A stretch of DNA of 64,000 nt from contig FLMG01002424.1 in the NCBI GenBank assembly GCA_900088475.1, positions 5,912 through 69,911 on the forward strand, in the 5' to 3' direction. This document shows, piece by piece, positions 32,653 through 45,478 of this stretch. The stretch comes from Hyphochytrium catenoides. Its lineage: Eukaryota; Protista; Hyphochytriomycota. The notes beneath the pieces are model-generated. The model did not search any database, was not told the DNA's origin, and worked only from the letters and a program-made list of their open reading frames with translations. Position numbers and translations under genes: made by a program. Position 1 is the stretch's first letter, and each line of letters opens with the position of its first letter.

Positions 32653-35600
32653 TCACACCTCTACGTCCATTGCATTAGCGTCAACCGCTGCGACTTCCTG
32701 TTGCTGGCCCTCGCCATCTTTCTCCAGCTGAGTTGGATGATAGGGTGACCAAAAGAGAAATGCCTGGAATTCAAACAAAGGCAATGGGTTAGGCAGCGGC
32801 CTTAGAAAGAAGTCGTGTTAGGGTTAGGGCATGACCTTACTGCAACTGGGAAGGAGCCCAAAAGCCAGCGGAATAGCCGACGTGAGGGGAGCAGAACAGG
32901 GAAGTATGGTAGACTATCACGGGCAGGCGGAAGGAGATAATGGGAGTTGCGGAAGCCAGGACCAGAAGTGTACGAGAAACAATGAAGAGAGATATAGGAC
33001 GGAGAAGAGAGCATAACGAGGGTTGACGAGCCACCTTGCACTCCTCCATGTTCCTCTGAAATGTCATTCCTGGGTCGAAACCTCCCGCATATCGTTGCTT
33101 TCGTCTCAGTTCCTTGCTGTAGTGTCCAGTAGAGGAGACGCCAAGGAGACAAGGAAAAAGAGGAGATCGACATGGAGGCGGAGGTGGCAGGCGGGACGAA
33201 GGATTAGCACATGTCATAGAGCGATGATCAACGAAAGAGTATAGCGGAGTGGTTGGACTGAATAGACAGGGCACTCGAGTGACAGTGAGAGCAGTAAGTC
33301 CTGCGATAGAAGGATCAAGAGAGAGCTTAGCCCTAAAAGATGTCCTCCTAAATGATGATGACAACCGTCCAGAAGATAACTAAGAGTGTTGGCGTCAATC
33401 TACGTTATCTGACCTTTCTCCAAACTTAGGGCCGGTCTTTCCTCCTGGAACCTGAAACAACGTAGGAAGGAAATAGACCAAAGAAAAAGGGTAAAGACGA
33501 AAGGTTAAGGCATAAGAGAGGCTTAGTTTTGGCCCAACTCCTCCGCGATGTGTCTCCATACAAAGATGCAACGAGAGCTTTCACTTCGAGTTGGAGATGG
33601 AAAGCCAGAGTCAGTGACTCTGTCACTAGGAGGGAACAACTTGGGGGCATAAGAAGGAATCGTCCTTAGAATAGACGATCGGCAAATTAAGAGAAGCAAA
33701 CTAAAGGAAGGCAAAAGAGACAGGTATAGAAGGTCACTCTACTCAGACAGTGATAGATCGCACTACCGGCATGGGTTGAGGGACTGCGGAGAGGAGTCCG
33801 GTAGAGCTGGAGATCTGTTGGTAGCCTGAGCCAGCTGTGGAAGGCTGACTAACCAACAGGGACGGAGGGGGACGGCTCACATCCGAAGCATCACGCTCCT
33901 GCATAACAAGAATGACGGAGAGACAGAGAGAAAGCGGATTAGCGCACACGTCCAGAAAGAGGAGTGAGAATAGGTGGGACCGGAGCACGTGGTGTTTGAA
34001 GGAAAAAATGGCTATACTGAAGGCCAGAGGATGTCAGATACTTGGATGCATTAAGTGAGATTGAGCAGGTGAAGGCCAGATAGCGTAAGGGACCAAAAAA
34101 GAGAGGCAGACCGGGGCGGGGACAAGAGAGATATGAACAAAGCGAACACAGTTTGCACTCTGCGAGGAGAGAGAGAAGCGCTGCAAAGTGTGAGCGACAA
34201 AAGATGGGTACGGTCCATAACGCTTTGAGAACATGGAAGAAGCTCCTCACTCCCAAAGCCACTTCTTCCAGCTCCTTCTTTCTCTTTCTCTTGTACTGCT
34301 CGAGCTGTTGATCCTCAAGTTGATTGAGCTTCTTCCGCTCCGCCATCAGGCGTTGTTCCTCATGAAGCACATCAAGCAGACGACGTTCCTCCTCCGCCTA
34401 GGGTGAGAGAGAACAAAGCAGCATGAGCAGCCAGAAGCGAGAAAGTGAAAATGTTACAAATGAATAGACGAGAGCAAGACGCGGCCGTCTTCCACAAGTC
34501 TTTCTAAAATATAATCTATGGCCTCTCTCTGTTGTCTTCTGATCAAGAGTCCTCTTGCTCACCTTCTTCGCATCGTTAGCTGAAATCAACAGACTGTGCT
34601 CCTCCCTATATTTCTTCCATTTCGATGTGGCTTGCTCTTTTTGCTCATCGGTGCCATAGACAAGATCGTAGACTTTGGAAAGCACGGAGTCGGTCAGCAG
34701 GATGGCTATTAATGGAGTGATAAGGTAGAGAGAAAGAGATCCATGGTAGAGAAGAGCTCTGCCTACGGCCTAAAACCCCGGCAAAAGGCAAGGATTGGTA
34801 AACAAAGGAATAACGTGGGAGAGTATGCGGGCTAGCTAATTGCGGGCATAGCCCTTGCTCTTTCCCACTCACCGATATCTTCCACCTCTTCGAGATAGTC
34901 ATTGTACTCCTCCAGAGTGGCAAAGTCCTCCTCAGTCTTGTTATAGCTAGGCGGCCCAGAGGGAGCATGAGAGGAAGGGGGCGTTGACCAAAGAGAGAGA
35001 GGAGGGAAAGACACAGTGTATGGTGGGTGTTTGGAGAAGGCAAGATGGAGAGAGAGAGAGAGCCAAGTTCATAAGTGTCCCTGGAGAAGAAGGCTGGACG
35101 AGACGTCGCTGCACGTACTCCAAGATTGGCAACTGATGGATTGACAGAAAGGCGACGGAGAATGAGGAGAGAGGAAGAGATACTCTCTTTCTCTTACTTA
35201 CTCTTTGCAGACTTTCTTCCTGACAGCCATCTCCCTCTCGAAGAGCACCTCTTGCAGGCTTTTCTTAGTGAGAGAACTCTTTTTAAAGGGCTTCCCGCAC
35301 TTGTGGCATTTGATCTCTCTCTCCCTCTGAAACAATCGTGTGACACAAGTGTCACAACTGAGGAAGAAGCGTTAAAACTCCAAAGATAAGAAGTACGGCA
35401 AAAGGAGACGAAATTGAAGGTAGTGGTAGCTTCCGGTGCTAGCAACCAAAGACAGGGCAGAGAAAGAGGTAACAGGAAGGCCGAAAAGGGCTTGGAAGGC
35501 AGAAGGAAGGGACAAGAAAAGACGTAAGCGGTCACCAGACAAAAAGACTACGAGCTGAGAGAAGAGCAAATGGCAGCCATGACATAGAGAGAAAGATCGA

Positions 35601-35835
35601 ATGAGTGAAGCGTACAAGCTAGTAGGGTATGGGAGGCGATATGAGAGTGCAAAGCATCATGACCAGCTAGAGAGAGTCTGCCTTACTATCCATGGCCACA
35701 CTTGGTAATAAGAAGCCTCATCTTCGTGTTCAGAAAGTTGCTCTCATCTTCTTGCGAAGTGCCGCAGCTCACACAGCGGTCTTCGTCCCCCATCTCCATC
35801 GCCTCCTTCAACGCAAGCTCCGCTGTGGACGGCAT
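32653..35835 (-). CDS. MNAT1: CDK-activating kinase assembly factor MAT1 (TFIIH subunit), multi-exon
   Basis: Exons: 35835 (or 35799)-35687, 35357-35202, 34946-34873, 34672-34563, 34397-34251, 33898-~33770, uncertain internal exon(s), ~33120-33034, 32763-32653. RING C3HC4 (CVSC..KCGHGYCDTC..CHKC), then [39 protein letters not shown] and C-terminal AGGFDPG..FQRNMEEC. Confidence 0.9.
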
Positions 35836-36810
35836 CCTTGCGTGAAATGATGTCGCCTCTAGATTAGAAAAGCCGAATGCGAACTATTGGCTCTGTCCAA
35901 GCCTCTCCAGCCATAGCTCTACGCTTGTTATCAATCAGGGAGATGTGCAGCAGTCTGCAGCAGCAGCAAAGGACTATCGCTCTATCTACGAATTGTCGGT
36001 CTCTGTTGACCCACGGCAGCTCCCACTTCCTGCTGTGCAACAATATTCCTGGTCAAAGAACCCTGCAGACACTGTGAAGAAGATGGCACCTCCCTCACTG
36101 GGCTGTTGAAGGCTGATGATCTGTACAGCGCGGCCTCGACAACGTTCTCTCCTCTCTCTGAGTATTCCCCATTGTAAAGATACAATAGAGTTCTCTTTAG
36201 TCCCCGTTTCGTCGTATATATGCAAAGCTATCTTTTTTATATTTGTGTTAGTCATAGGTATTAGTTGTGGTCATACATTTATTGGAAAGGCTCAACCTGT
36301 TATATTCATATTAAAAATCTGTCTCATACAAAGAAAGAGCTCCTTGCGGATGACAGACAGAGCTCAACATCTGCGATCTGCCGCCTCTGTTCAGTACTGT
36401 CAAGCTCAACATTGCACGAGTCAGAGAAAGAGAGGCAGTGAGAGAGTGTGAGAGAGAAGAGACAGACTGGTCCAAGAGCGCTGAGAAAGGACATTAAGGA
36501 TACGTCGAACCGCATGAGCAGAGCTTTCACAATGTTAGAAGTCTGCACTCAAAGAATGCCTCCAACTCTAATTAACTTTGGGAAAGGATTAGGTATGAGC
36601 TGCAGTGAGAAACGGAGAAGGAGAGACGCTTGATGATATTGGATGACTAGACGCTCTAAGATTGATGTCAGGGTCTCCGCATCTCTCTGTCCGTCTCGTT
36701 GTCCCTTTCTTCCCTTGAAGCAGCTACGACGTCTCTTTCTACTCAAGACAGTACACGAACTAGATTTTCTTTCACGTAGAGACTCTCTCTCTTAGCTTTC
36801 CACTCACCCG

Positions 36811-39095
36811 TTAGTCTTTAACTGGATTGACTCTCAGTCTGATGCCATCTCTCGGGAACATTGTCAGCGCAGAGTGTGCTACTGGTTCTCCCTCCTCCGC
36901 AATCTCCACCTGGAAGTTCCTTACAATCACAGCGAGGATAGCCAGCCCTTCGTTTACAGCGAACCTTTTCCCAATGCAGGAGCGAGGACCCGCTCCAAAG
37001 GGTAGAAAAGCAAAGGGCACATTCCCTGCCGTCTCAGGAGACTTGACGCCTCTCTCTTCGTCTCTGTCTCTTTCGCCCTCGCCCTCCCGCTGCAGGAAGC
37101 GCTCTGGCTCGAAAGCTTGAGGGAGGTCCCAGTTATCTGGATCGGCCGCCATGAACGTGTTATTGACCACTATCATGTTCCCAGCCTTGAACTCATATCC
37201 GCCGACAGTGCAATCTTTGGCTACCACGCGGGGAATCGAGGGAACCGTGGGATAGACGCGCATTGCCTCATAGAAGCACGCCTGTGGATGGAAGGCAGGG
37301 TGAACGATGAATTGAGAGAAGGTAGAGATAGAGATGGCGAGGAAGTATAGCGAAAAAGGGGCTTATAGAGAGAGAGTAGAGAGGGGAAGAATCCTGTGTG
37401 CGTGAGAGGGGAGAAGGGTGCAGGGTTGCCTACCTTGACATAGTCCATTTTGGACAGCAAAGAGAAAGATACGTCGGTCTCTTGAGTAGGAAGAACCTTC
37501 ACTAACTCACTTCGCAGCTTTGTCTGCTTTTCTGGATATTTAGCAAGGAGATAGAGACACCAAGACAGAGTGTTTGCCGTTGTCTCATGCCCAGCAATGA
37601 GCATTGTCAGCATTTCTGCCCTGATCGCCTCCGGAGAGAGAGGCTCTTTTTCTCCTGTCTCTTCCTGGGCCCTTAGTAGGACAGTGACAAAGTTGTCTCT
37701 TTCGGGTCGAATGCCTGCCTCGTACTCCTTCATCTTCTGCGCCACTACCTGCTGCAGCATCTCCTGGTACACTTTCACTCCTTCCTCGCACTTCTTGTTC
37801 CCGTTTCTGTCAAAGAAGGAGACCCAAGAAGGGAGACCTCCTCTTATAACTGCGCGAAGAACCCATTTCCCTGCCTCCGAATAGGGAGAGAGAGGATCTT
37901 GCAGCGCGTTGAACTCTACCCCGAATCCCACTCTTCCAATGACGTCCAGAGTGAGATGTGTAAGGTCTCTGCTGACATCAATGACAGCTCCTACCTCCTC
38001 TTTCTCCGCGCGTCCCTCTCCTACCTTCGGCTGAAGGAGTGACAGCCAGTGTTCTCTTAGTCGTCCCGCTTCTTCCATCACTCCCAAGTGGTAGATCTGC
38101 AGGAATCTCTCTGAGAAGAGAGGAGAGAGAAGGCGTCGGTGTCTCATCCAGTCATCTCCCATCGGCAGACCGATAAGACCGTCTTTTATGAGGTTGAACT
38201 GGAAGCCGCGGCTCTCTTTGGTTCTTTGCTGAAGAAAGAGAGACTTGTTCGAGACAATTTCTCGCACAATCTCTGGGTCTGCGATTTGATAGACGATTGG
38301 GTCCACCTGATACCTGACATGCAGAGGGTGAAAGGAAGAAGGAGTCAGAGAGAGAGAGGAAGAGAGAGACAAAGAGAGAGAGGACGAGGAGAGCGAGACA
38401 GACAGACAGATAGAAGGAGGAAAGAGAGAGGGGAGATAGAGAGAAGGTTGAGAATGGGAGAAATGCGGACGGGCAATGACAGGTGATGAGGGGAATATTA
38501 AAGAAGTAGAAGACAGAGTAGGGTTTGAAGGTGAAGCGGGCCAGGGCAAACTCTGACATGAACAAAAGCCAGAGTAAGCATGAACAGGAAGAGTGAGAGA
38601 GTTCCAGAGAGGACAGACATAAAAGGGAATGAAAGGGTAGGCAGATGATGACCTCCATTACGAAGGGAGACGCTCTCTTTTGGCTCTATGATTGGCCTCT
38701 TCTCTCTTGTCTATCTATCTGCCTTACCAATGCTTAATGAGGAAAGAGACAGGCGTGAAGATGCTGTACACTTTCCCCAGCTGCGCATGCCCCCAGTCCT
38801 TCAGCTGAGGAATAGAAGAGAGAGACATCTTCTTCTCCCAGAGAAGGCCAAAGAGCCCTAGCACTTGGAGGCCAGGGAACGTAGGAGGCGCGTGAGACCG
38901 TCGGTAGGAGTGGAGATGCACCGCACGGACGATGACAGCGAGAAGAAGAGCGAAGAGAGAGAGAAAGAGAGTGAGGGAGAGAACGTTGAACAACGAGACT
39001 GAAAGTGTTCTGTCTGCATGGGAGCTGTGATAGAAGGAGGGAAGATGAGGGAGGAGGGAGGAGAGAGACGAGGTCCGTTGTTCTTCTTCTGTCAT
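36811..39095 (-). CDS. Cytochrome P450 (copy 1; 3 exons)
   Basis: Exons 39095-38727, 38313-37434 and 37281-36811 (GT-AG, in phase). N-terminal TM anchor, WMRHRRLLSPLF, I-helix AGHETTA, ExxR (EAMR), PERF and heme motif PFGAGPRSCIG. Confidence 0.93.
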
Positions 39096-39955
39096 TATGC
39101 CTTCCTTGCCTCCAGCAACGAGCTGCTGGCTTTCAGCAGTGTTTTTATGTCTCTCTCCTCTCTCTTATTTACTTTTCTTCCTCAGACAGATTCACTATCA
39201 CTTCTGACTTGTCTCTTTTTCCTTGTCTTCTCCTTCCTTTCTCTCCGGTTCCTCAAAAGCCTGAAAGTTCTAATCTGAAGCAGCTCTGTCATCCCACGCA
39301 TGGGCAGAAGAGGGGAGACCAATGCTTGTGAGAGGCGAGGAGAGAAGGGNNNNNNNNNNNNNNNNNNNNNNNNNNNNNNNNNNNNNNNNNNNNNNNNNNN
39401 NNNNNNNNNNNNNNNNNNNNNNNNNNNNNNNNNNNNNNNNNNNNNNNNNNNNNNNNNNNNNNNNNNNNNNNNNNNNNNNNNNNNNNNNNNNNNNNNNNNN
39501 NNNNNNNNNNNNNNNNNNNNNNNNNNNNNNNNNNNNNNNNNNNNNNNNNNNNNNNNNNNNNNNNNNNNNNNNNNNNNNNNNNNNNNNNNNNNNNNNNNNN
39601 NNNNNNNNNNNNNNNNNNNNNNNNNNNNNNNNNNNNNNNNNNNNNNNNNNNNNNNNNNNNNNNNNNNNNNNNNNNNNNNNNNNNNNNNNNNNNNNAGAAG
39701 AGTGAGAAAGAGAGAGAGGGAGAGAGAGGACCAGAAAACAGTGATTGCTGTCTCGAGGAGGCTGAAGTGCAAGAGAGAGATAGTACCACGGGCCACCCAC
39801 CCCTAGCGTAGAGTATAATCCAAACCGCGTCCCACCCACCTGTTCCTCCACCCACAACTCCATGATCAAGAAGAGTCACGTCAGGTCGGACCCGACGTGG
39901 TAGGACAGGACCTGCCATGAAGGTGCTGTACAAGTGGCAGGGGAAGCAGCAAGAG

Positions 39956-39957
<2 letters not shown>

Positions 39958-40018
<61 letters not shown>
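39958..40018 (+). repeat. Perfect (GA)n microsatellite
   Basis: About 30 GA units, read directly. Confidence 0.95.
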
Positions 40019-40019
<1 letters not shown>

Positions 40020-41397
40020 AAAACTTTGAAGAACGAGAGACACAGACCTTTCCATGAACAGAGAGATGATGGAGCAAGAGACAGAGAGCAAGAGAAAGAA
40101 ATGGAAACAGTGCCTTGAGGAAAAAGATGAAGGGGACAGATGGAAGGTGAGGGTGGTGGTGTCGACCATTAGTCTCTTGTCTCTCCTCTTCAAATCGACA
40201 TCACACCATTGTTGTCCTTTCTTCCTCTTCTCTGCTGTCTCCCTTCTCTCTCTTCCTTCTCTGTGGTACGTACAAGCAATGTCCATCTCTTCTCTCTCCC
40301 TAGAACTATAGCAAGCGTGGTACAGTATACGTTCTCCTTTGCGTGACACCTGGCAAGCCGCCAGCAGTTAGAAGGCTCATCCCTTTCTGCTGATGGCGCC
40401 CTCATCCTCTTTCCTCTCCCTTTTTCGTCTCCCTCCTCCTTAAGCTCAAGCAGACTTTAGTGTCCTCTCTTTTTTCTTCTTATGATAATTTCTCTCCCTT
40501 GCGTCCGCTCCCTGCTGTTTAACCAGTGAGGAGACAGGAAGGAAGGTCGAGAGTAAAAACGTCTCTTGCTGAGTCGTTGGCTCTCTCTCATCTCTCTTCT
40601 TCACAGCTGGTCCTGTCAGCAGCCAGTCCGGCTTTTGTCTCTGCCCTGCGGTCTTCTTATCAACAAGGTCCGAAGGGTGGCCTCTTTGATTCCATCCAGC
40701 GCCAGGACTCGCCATGGGGAAGGGAGAGCAAGAGTGCGAAAGGACGAGAGGAATGGAGAAGTGAAGTGAGAGAGGAGCGAGAGAGGCTGCATTAAAAGAA
40801 GATAAGCGAGCAGAGGGAGGCTAAGACTGCCGGAAGGTACTGCAGGGACCAGAGAGGCGAGGCGAGAGAGAGCAAGCGCGATGATGGCAGGCGGGAAGAG
40901 AGAAGCACTGTCATTGACTGACGTTTCTTAGGGGAGAAGAAGCTACGCATAAGGACTATAGAGGGGAGAGGAGTCCTATTCCACTCATCGCCTGCAGAAA
41001 GAGGATGAGCTGAGGAAGCAGGGACGGTGCCAGAGAAGAGCTTGTTTCTGAGACATAGCGAGAGCGTCCTCGTTCTCTTTTCCCTTGAGTTGAACGCAGT
41101 AGATGCTTCTCTCTCTCCTGACGGGCTAATATCAGCGGCGCAAAGAACCTCTCTCTCTCTTGCTGCTTGGACTACCTACTACTAAGAAAGACCCAGAACC
41201 CATGGCAGCTGTGTCCTCTTGATGAACTGACTTACACTTCGTCGCCAAGAACGAATCTCTCTATCTTGTCAATTTCTTCTTTACTCTCCCGCCTTATAAT
41301 GGACAATATGTAAAGCACGCGCGGCATTATGAGACACTCGAACAAAGAGTGAGAGAGAGCAAAGAGAAAGAGAGAGAGGGGACATCAGTGAAGATTC

Positions 41398-43482
41398 CTA
41401 TTCCTGCCGGCTTTGTCTCTGCTTGACGATGAAAGGGATGCCGTCCCTCGGTGATAGAGTAACAGAAAAGTGCGGCACAGGCTCTTGATGGTCCGGAGGG
41501 AGCTCGAACTCCAAGTCTCTCACGAGGACAGAGAGAAGCGCAATCCCTTCATTCACGGCAAACCGCTTCCCAATGCAGGAGCGAGGACCCGCGCCGAAGG
41601 GAAGAAACGCGAATGGCGCCTTGGCTGCCGTCTCAGGAGAGATGGCCCTGAACTTCTTCCGTCTCTTCTCTCCATTAGTCTCTCCTCCTGTGCCTTCCTT
41701 TCTCTCCTCCTCTTCTTCTTCTCTGAGGAATCTCTCTGGCCGAAACTCTGCAGGCTCGTCCCAAATGGCGGGATCCTTGGCCATGGTGGCCGTGTTGACC
41801 ACGGCGACAGAGTGTTTCTGCAGTTGATAACCTCCGATAGTGCAGTCTTTTCCGACGACACGAGGGATGGCGCCCACGGTGGGATAGACGCGCAGCGCCT
41901 CGTAGAAGCAGGCCTTGGCATAGTGAAGCTGTAGCAGCCGCTCGTAAGAGAAGAAGGAAGAAGGCCACTCTTCTCTCTCTATCTTTCTCTGCTCAGAGTA
42001 GTAGGTTATCTCTCCTTTTCCTTCTTCCTCCTTCTCCCATGTCTTGTTGGCCAGAGAAATTCTCTTCTCTTCTCTGTCTGGCAGCTGGAACTCTTTCGCC
42101 GTTGTTTCCGTTTCTCTCTCCTTTTCGGGCTCATCTTCCTCTCCATTCTCTTTGTGTCCCTCCTCTCTGTCGGGGAGGATGCGAAGGATCTCCTCTCTTA
42201 GCTTGGTCTGCTTGTCTGGATGCTTGGCCAAGAGGTAAAGACACCAGGAGAGAGTGTTGGCCGTGGTCTCATGACCAGCGAGAAGGAGAGAAAGCATTTC
42301 CGCCGTGACCTCTTTCTCTGTGAGAGGCTTCTCTTCTTCCTTCTGTGCCTGAAGGAGGACGCTTACAAAGTTTTCTCTCTTTTTCTCAACTCCTTTCCCT
42401 CCGTTCTCTCTCTCCTGGAAATCTCTGATCACGCGGCTCAACATCCTTTCGTACAGCGCCACCGCCTCCTCACCCTTCCGCCTCGCAGAGAAGTCCAGAT
42501 AGTGCATCCACAGAGGAAGGATCTGCAGCCTGATCATCATCTCCGTAATCCACTTCCCAGCCTTCACACAGGGACATTGCGGGTCATAAAGCGAGCGGAA
42601 CTCTACACCAAAGCCTGCGCTGCCAATGATGTCCAGCGTAACTAGCGTGAGATCTTTAGAGACCTCCACAACGCCTTTTGAAGCTTCATCAGAGCTTCTC
42701 TGAGTCCAAAGATTTTGGACCTCTATCGCCTTCTCCACCACTGTCTCGTGGTAGATCTGCAAATACTTCTCCGTGAAGAGCGGAGACAGCAAGCGGCGGT
42801 GGCGTGTCCAGACCTCTCCCATAGGAAGGCCCAGAAGCCCGTCCCTTATCGGTTTGAACTGAAATCCTCGATTGTCTGGATCTACGCGCTCCTGCAGAAA
42901 GAGCTTCTTATCGCCAATGACAACCTTGGCGATCTCGGGGTCTGAGATTTGATACCGCAAAGGCTCACGAAGGCGCCAACGACAGAGAAGGCGGAAAAAG
43001 GGTGGGAAGACAGCATAGATAGGACCCAACGTCTGATGATAGAGGCGGCGTATCTCTGGAAGCTGGTTCATGGACAGACCGAGCTCTTTTTTGGCTCTAA
43101 AGATCAAGCCCAGAAGCTGCAGATCCTTGAAGGTTGGCGGACCGTGGGAGCGGCGATAGAGATGCAGATTGTAAGCTCTCAGAAGCACGGCGAGAGTGAA
43201 AGACGAAGCGACGGCCAGCGCAGAGAGCAGGAGGACGAGCTTCCATAGAGAGAGGGAACATAGGTGTTGAAGGACAGGAGGGGTGGAGGAGACAGAAGAG
43301 AAAAACTTAGGAGAGAGCCACCAGCTGTCTCCGATGTCGCCTCCTCCTTCTGCCGCAAGACAGGCTTCTGAGGGCAGAGATACATGTGGAGGAGAAAAAG
43401 AAAGAAGAGGATCATGTTCTCCTTTTGCTTCAGTGCCTTCTTCCCCTATTACTGCTGCTGCTAAGATGACAGCGATCATCAT
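41398..43482 (-). CDS. Cytochrome P450 (copy 2; intronless, 694 aa)
   Basis: Single ORF with TM anchor, WTRHRRLLSPLF, AGHETTA, EALR, PERF and PFGAGPRSCIG; long acidic insertion before the K helix. Confidence 0.95.
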   Translation of the reverse strand: MMIAVILAAAVIGEEGTEAKGEHDPLLSFSPPHVSLPSEACLAAEGGGDIGDSWWLSPKFFSSVSSTPPVLQHLCSLSLWKLVLLLSALAVASSFTLAVLLRAYNLHLYRRSHGPPTFKDLQLLGLIFRAKKELGLSMNQLPEIRRLYHQTLGPIYAVFPPFFRLLCRWRLREPLRYQISDPEIAKVVIGDKKLFLQERVDPDNRGFQFKPIRDGLLGLPMGEVWTRHRRLLSPLFTEKYLQIYHETVVEKAIEVQNLWTQRSSDEASKGVVEVSKDLTLVTLDIIGSAGFGVEFRSLYDPQCPCVKAGKWITEMMIRLQILPLWMHYLDFSARRKGEEAVALYERMLSRVIRDFQERENGGKGVEKKRENFVSVLLQAQKEEEKPLTEKEVTAEMLSLLLAGHETTANTLSWCLYLLAKHPDKQTKLREEILRILPDREEGHKENGEEDEPEKERETETTAKEFQLPDREEKRISLANKTWEKEEEGKGEITYYSEQRKIEREEWPSSFFSYERLLQLHYAKACFYEALRVYPTVGAIPRVVGKDCTIGGYQLQKHSVAVVNTATMAKDPAIWDEPAEFRPERFLREEEEEERKEGTGGETNGEKRRKKFRAISPETAAKAPFAFLPFGAGPRSCIGKRFAVNEGIALLSVLVRDLEFELPPDHQEPVPHFSVTLSPRDGIPFIVKQRQSRQE

Positions 43483-44609
43483 TGCTAGATCTCAATCTGG
43501 CGACCCGCCGTCAACCGACAAGCAAGAGTACTTAGAGAGGAAGCGGAAGAGAGAGAGACTGGAGACTGTGCGATCCTAGGCAAGGGTCCACTATGATACA
43601 GACAGACAACGGGAAGCTCTGAGAGCCGTGTTTCTGAGGCGGCTACGGGCCCTCCTGTCTTATCTCTATAAAAGCTTTTGGAAACTGAGTGGATGATGAG
43701 ATCAAGACTATGAGACGGCGGCCAGAGAGATCATTGCGCGCTGTGTGGTCCCTCTCTTCTGTTCCTTTATCTGTGCTCTCTTCTGGGTGTCTCTTCTGGT
43801 GTCTCTCTCTGTCCTTCAGCCTCTCTCTCGCGCTTTCGTAAGCATCTAGGATTTGGCTTGCGGCCCCAATCCCTCTCTAACATTGGCAAAGGGCGGCGCC
43901 GAGGAGTAAGAAACGGATCAACTTGAAGAAGCTGGCAGTGCAGACGGGAGCCAGGCGGGAGAGCGAGGATTATGACGAGAGAGCAACGGGAGAGAAGAAA
44001 GAAACGAGGAGAGAGAGGAGAAAGAGAGAGAGGAAGACAGACAGAATGCGCAGTGGTGAGAGGGACAATGAGGTCCAGACGACTGTCATCTAAGAGGATA
44101 GCTTCGGAAGGAACCAGCCATTGCAAGTGGTGCACTTGATAGCGCAGTGTCGCTCTTTCTGTTGCACTCTCTCTCTCTCTCTTTTGTTGCCTCTCTCATT
44201 GTGATGCGCTTGTGCGTGTTTTTTATCGAGTGCTATCAGTCTTCTTCCTCCGTTCTCCCCTGTCGCGGCCATGATAGAGGAGCCAGCACGCAAGGTCTTC
44301 TGATTGTCCTTCCTTGCATGATGGATGGGAAGAGACGAAGAGAGAGAGAGAGGGGAGGGCGAGAGAGAGAGGAAGAGAGAGAGAGAGAGAGAGAGAGAGA
44401 ACAATGACAACGATGAAAATGATGGATCTGTGACCTTTCCTTTTTATGATTGGATCTGTTCGCCCCTGGGGGAGCTCTGAGATTACGTGGGTGGGCTGCC
44501 GGTGCATTACCTAAGAGTTAGGTTAAAATCTTGAAGCTTCGGCCTGCCCACCCACTGCGCTATGACAAGGGTTCTGATCTGGCTGAGTCCTTCCAGCACT
44601 TTTCCCCTC

Positions 44610-44620
44610 CCTCTCTCTCA

Positions 44621-44669
<49 letters not shown>

Positions 44670-44820
44670 TGTCTCTGTCTCTCTCTCTTTCCCTCGCTCT
44701 TCCGCCTTTCCCTCTGTCCTCTTCTCTCTCTTTGCCCTACTCTCCCCGCACCCCTGATCGTCTCTCTTTCGCTCGCTCTCTCTTGCTCCCCTTTCTCTCT
44801 TTTCTCTCTCTCTCCTGTCT
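44610..44820 (+). repeat. (CT)n-rich low-complexity tract between the divergent P450 genes
   Basis: Direct reading; the complementary (GA)n tract lies at about 44340-44400. Confidence 0.85.
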
Positions 44821-45478
44821 CCATTCTCCATTTGGGGTTCTTCCCTCAGGCGTAGCGCCATGATAGGTGTAGGTCCACGCAGTCATTCCTAGGAAAGCAC
44901 CCTCGAGGCAGCGACTTTTCTCCTCCTCGTCCGCCGAAGCAGCTAAATGGGGACATCTCCCATGTGTCTTTCTCTCTTTCTCTTTCTCTCTTTGCCTGGC
45001 AAGTCAAGCTCTCGAGCATGCTTCTGAAGCAAACGAAGGCGAAGGAGCGCATCATTAGCGGTCGGGGACCTCGTTCCCGCTATGTCGGGCGTGATGCCAA
45101 TGGATGAGCTTGGCAGAGGTGGGAGGAGACCAAACATGCCAAAGGTTAGAGAGGAGAGAGGAGAGAGAGAGAGAGAGAGCAAGTCAGGCAGTATAATAGA
45201 ACTACATGCTGGATGTCGACTGAAGAGGGTTGATAGGCGAGGGAATGGACCCACGCAGACAGCAAGCAGCGACCTGCACTTTTTACACTTCTCATTGTCC
45301 AGAGAGCAGAGACAGAGGTAATGTTCCTCGCTAGGACGAGTAGATCTTCAGCCCAAAGAAGAAGAAAGAGAGAGAGAGACAGAAAGAGAGACAATAGGAA
45401 TACGTCGTCATTGCATTATTTGCCACGTTTGGAGAAGGAGAAAGCACTTTTTCCTCTTAAGTGCACGACGAATAAAAG

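Noticed and set aside
9663-35835. Functional clustering of the Pol II kinase-related genes MED13 and MAT1
   Set aside because: They are separated by unrelated genes; co-location is most simply chance.
39182-39869. Long ORFs spanning N runs (also 56810-57376 and 60229-60777)
   Set aside because: Their length comes from gap Ns.
43767-44410. CAIKCTTCNGWF zinc-finger-like peptide between the P450s
   Set aside because: Incomplete ligand set, embedded in low-complexity sequence, with no supporting exon structure.
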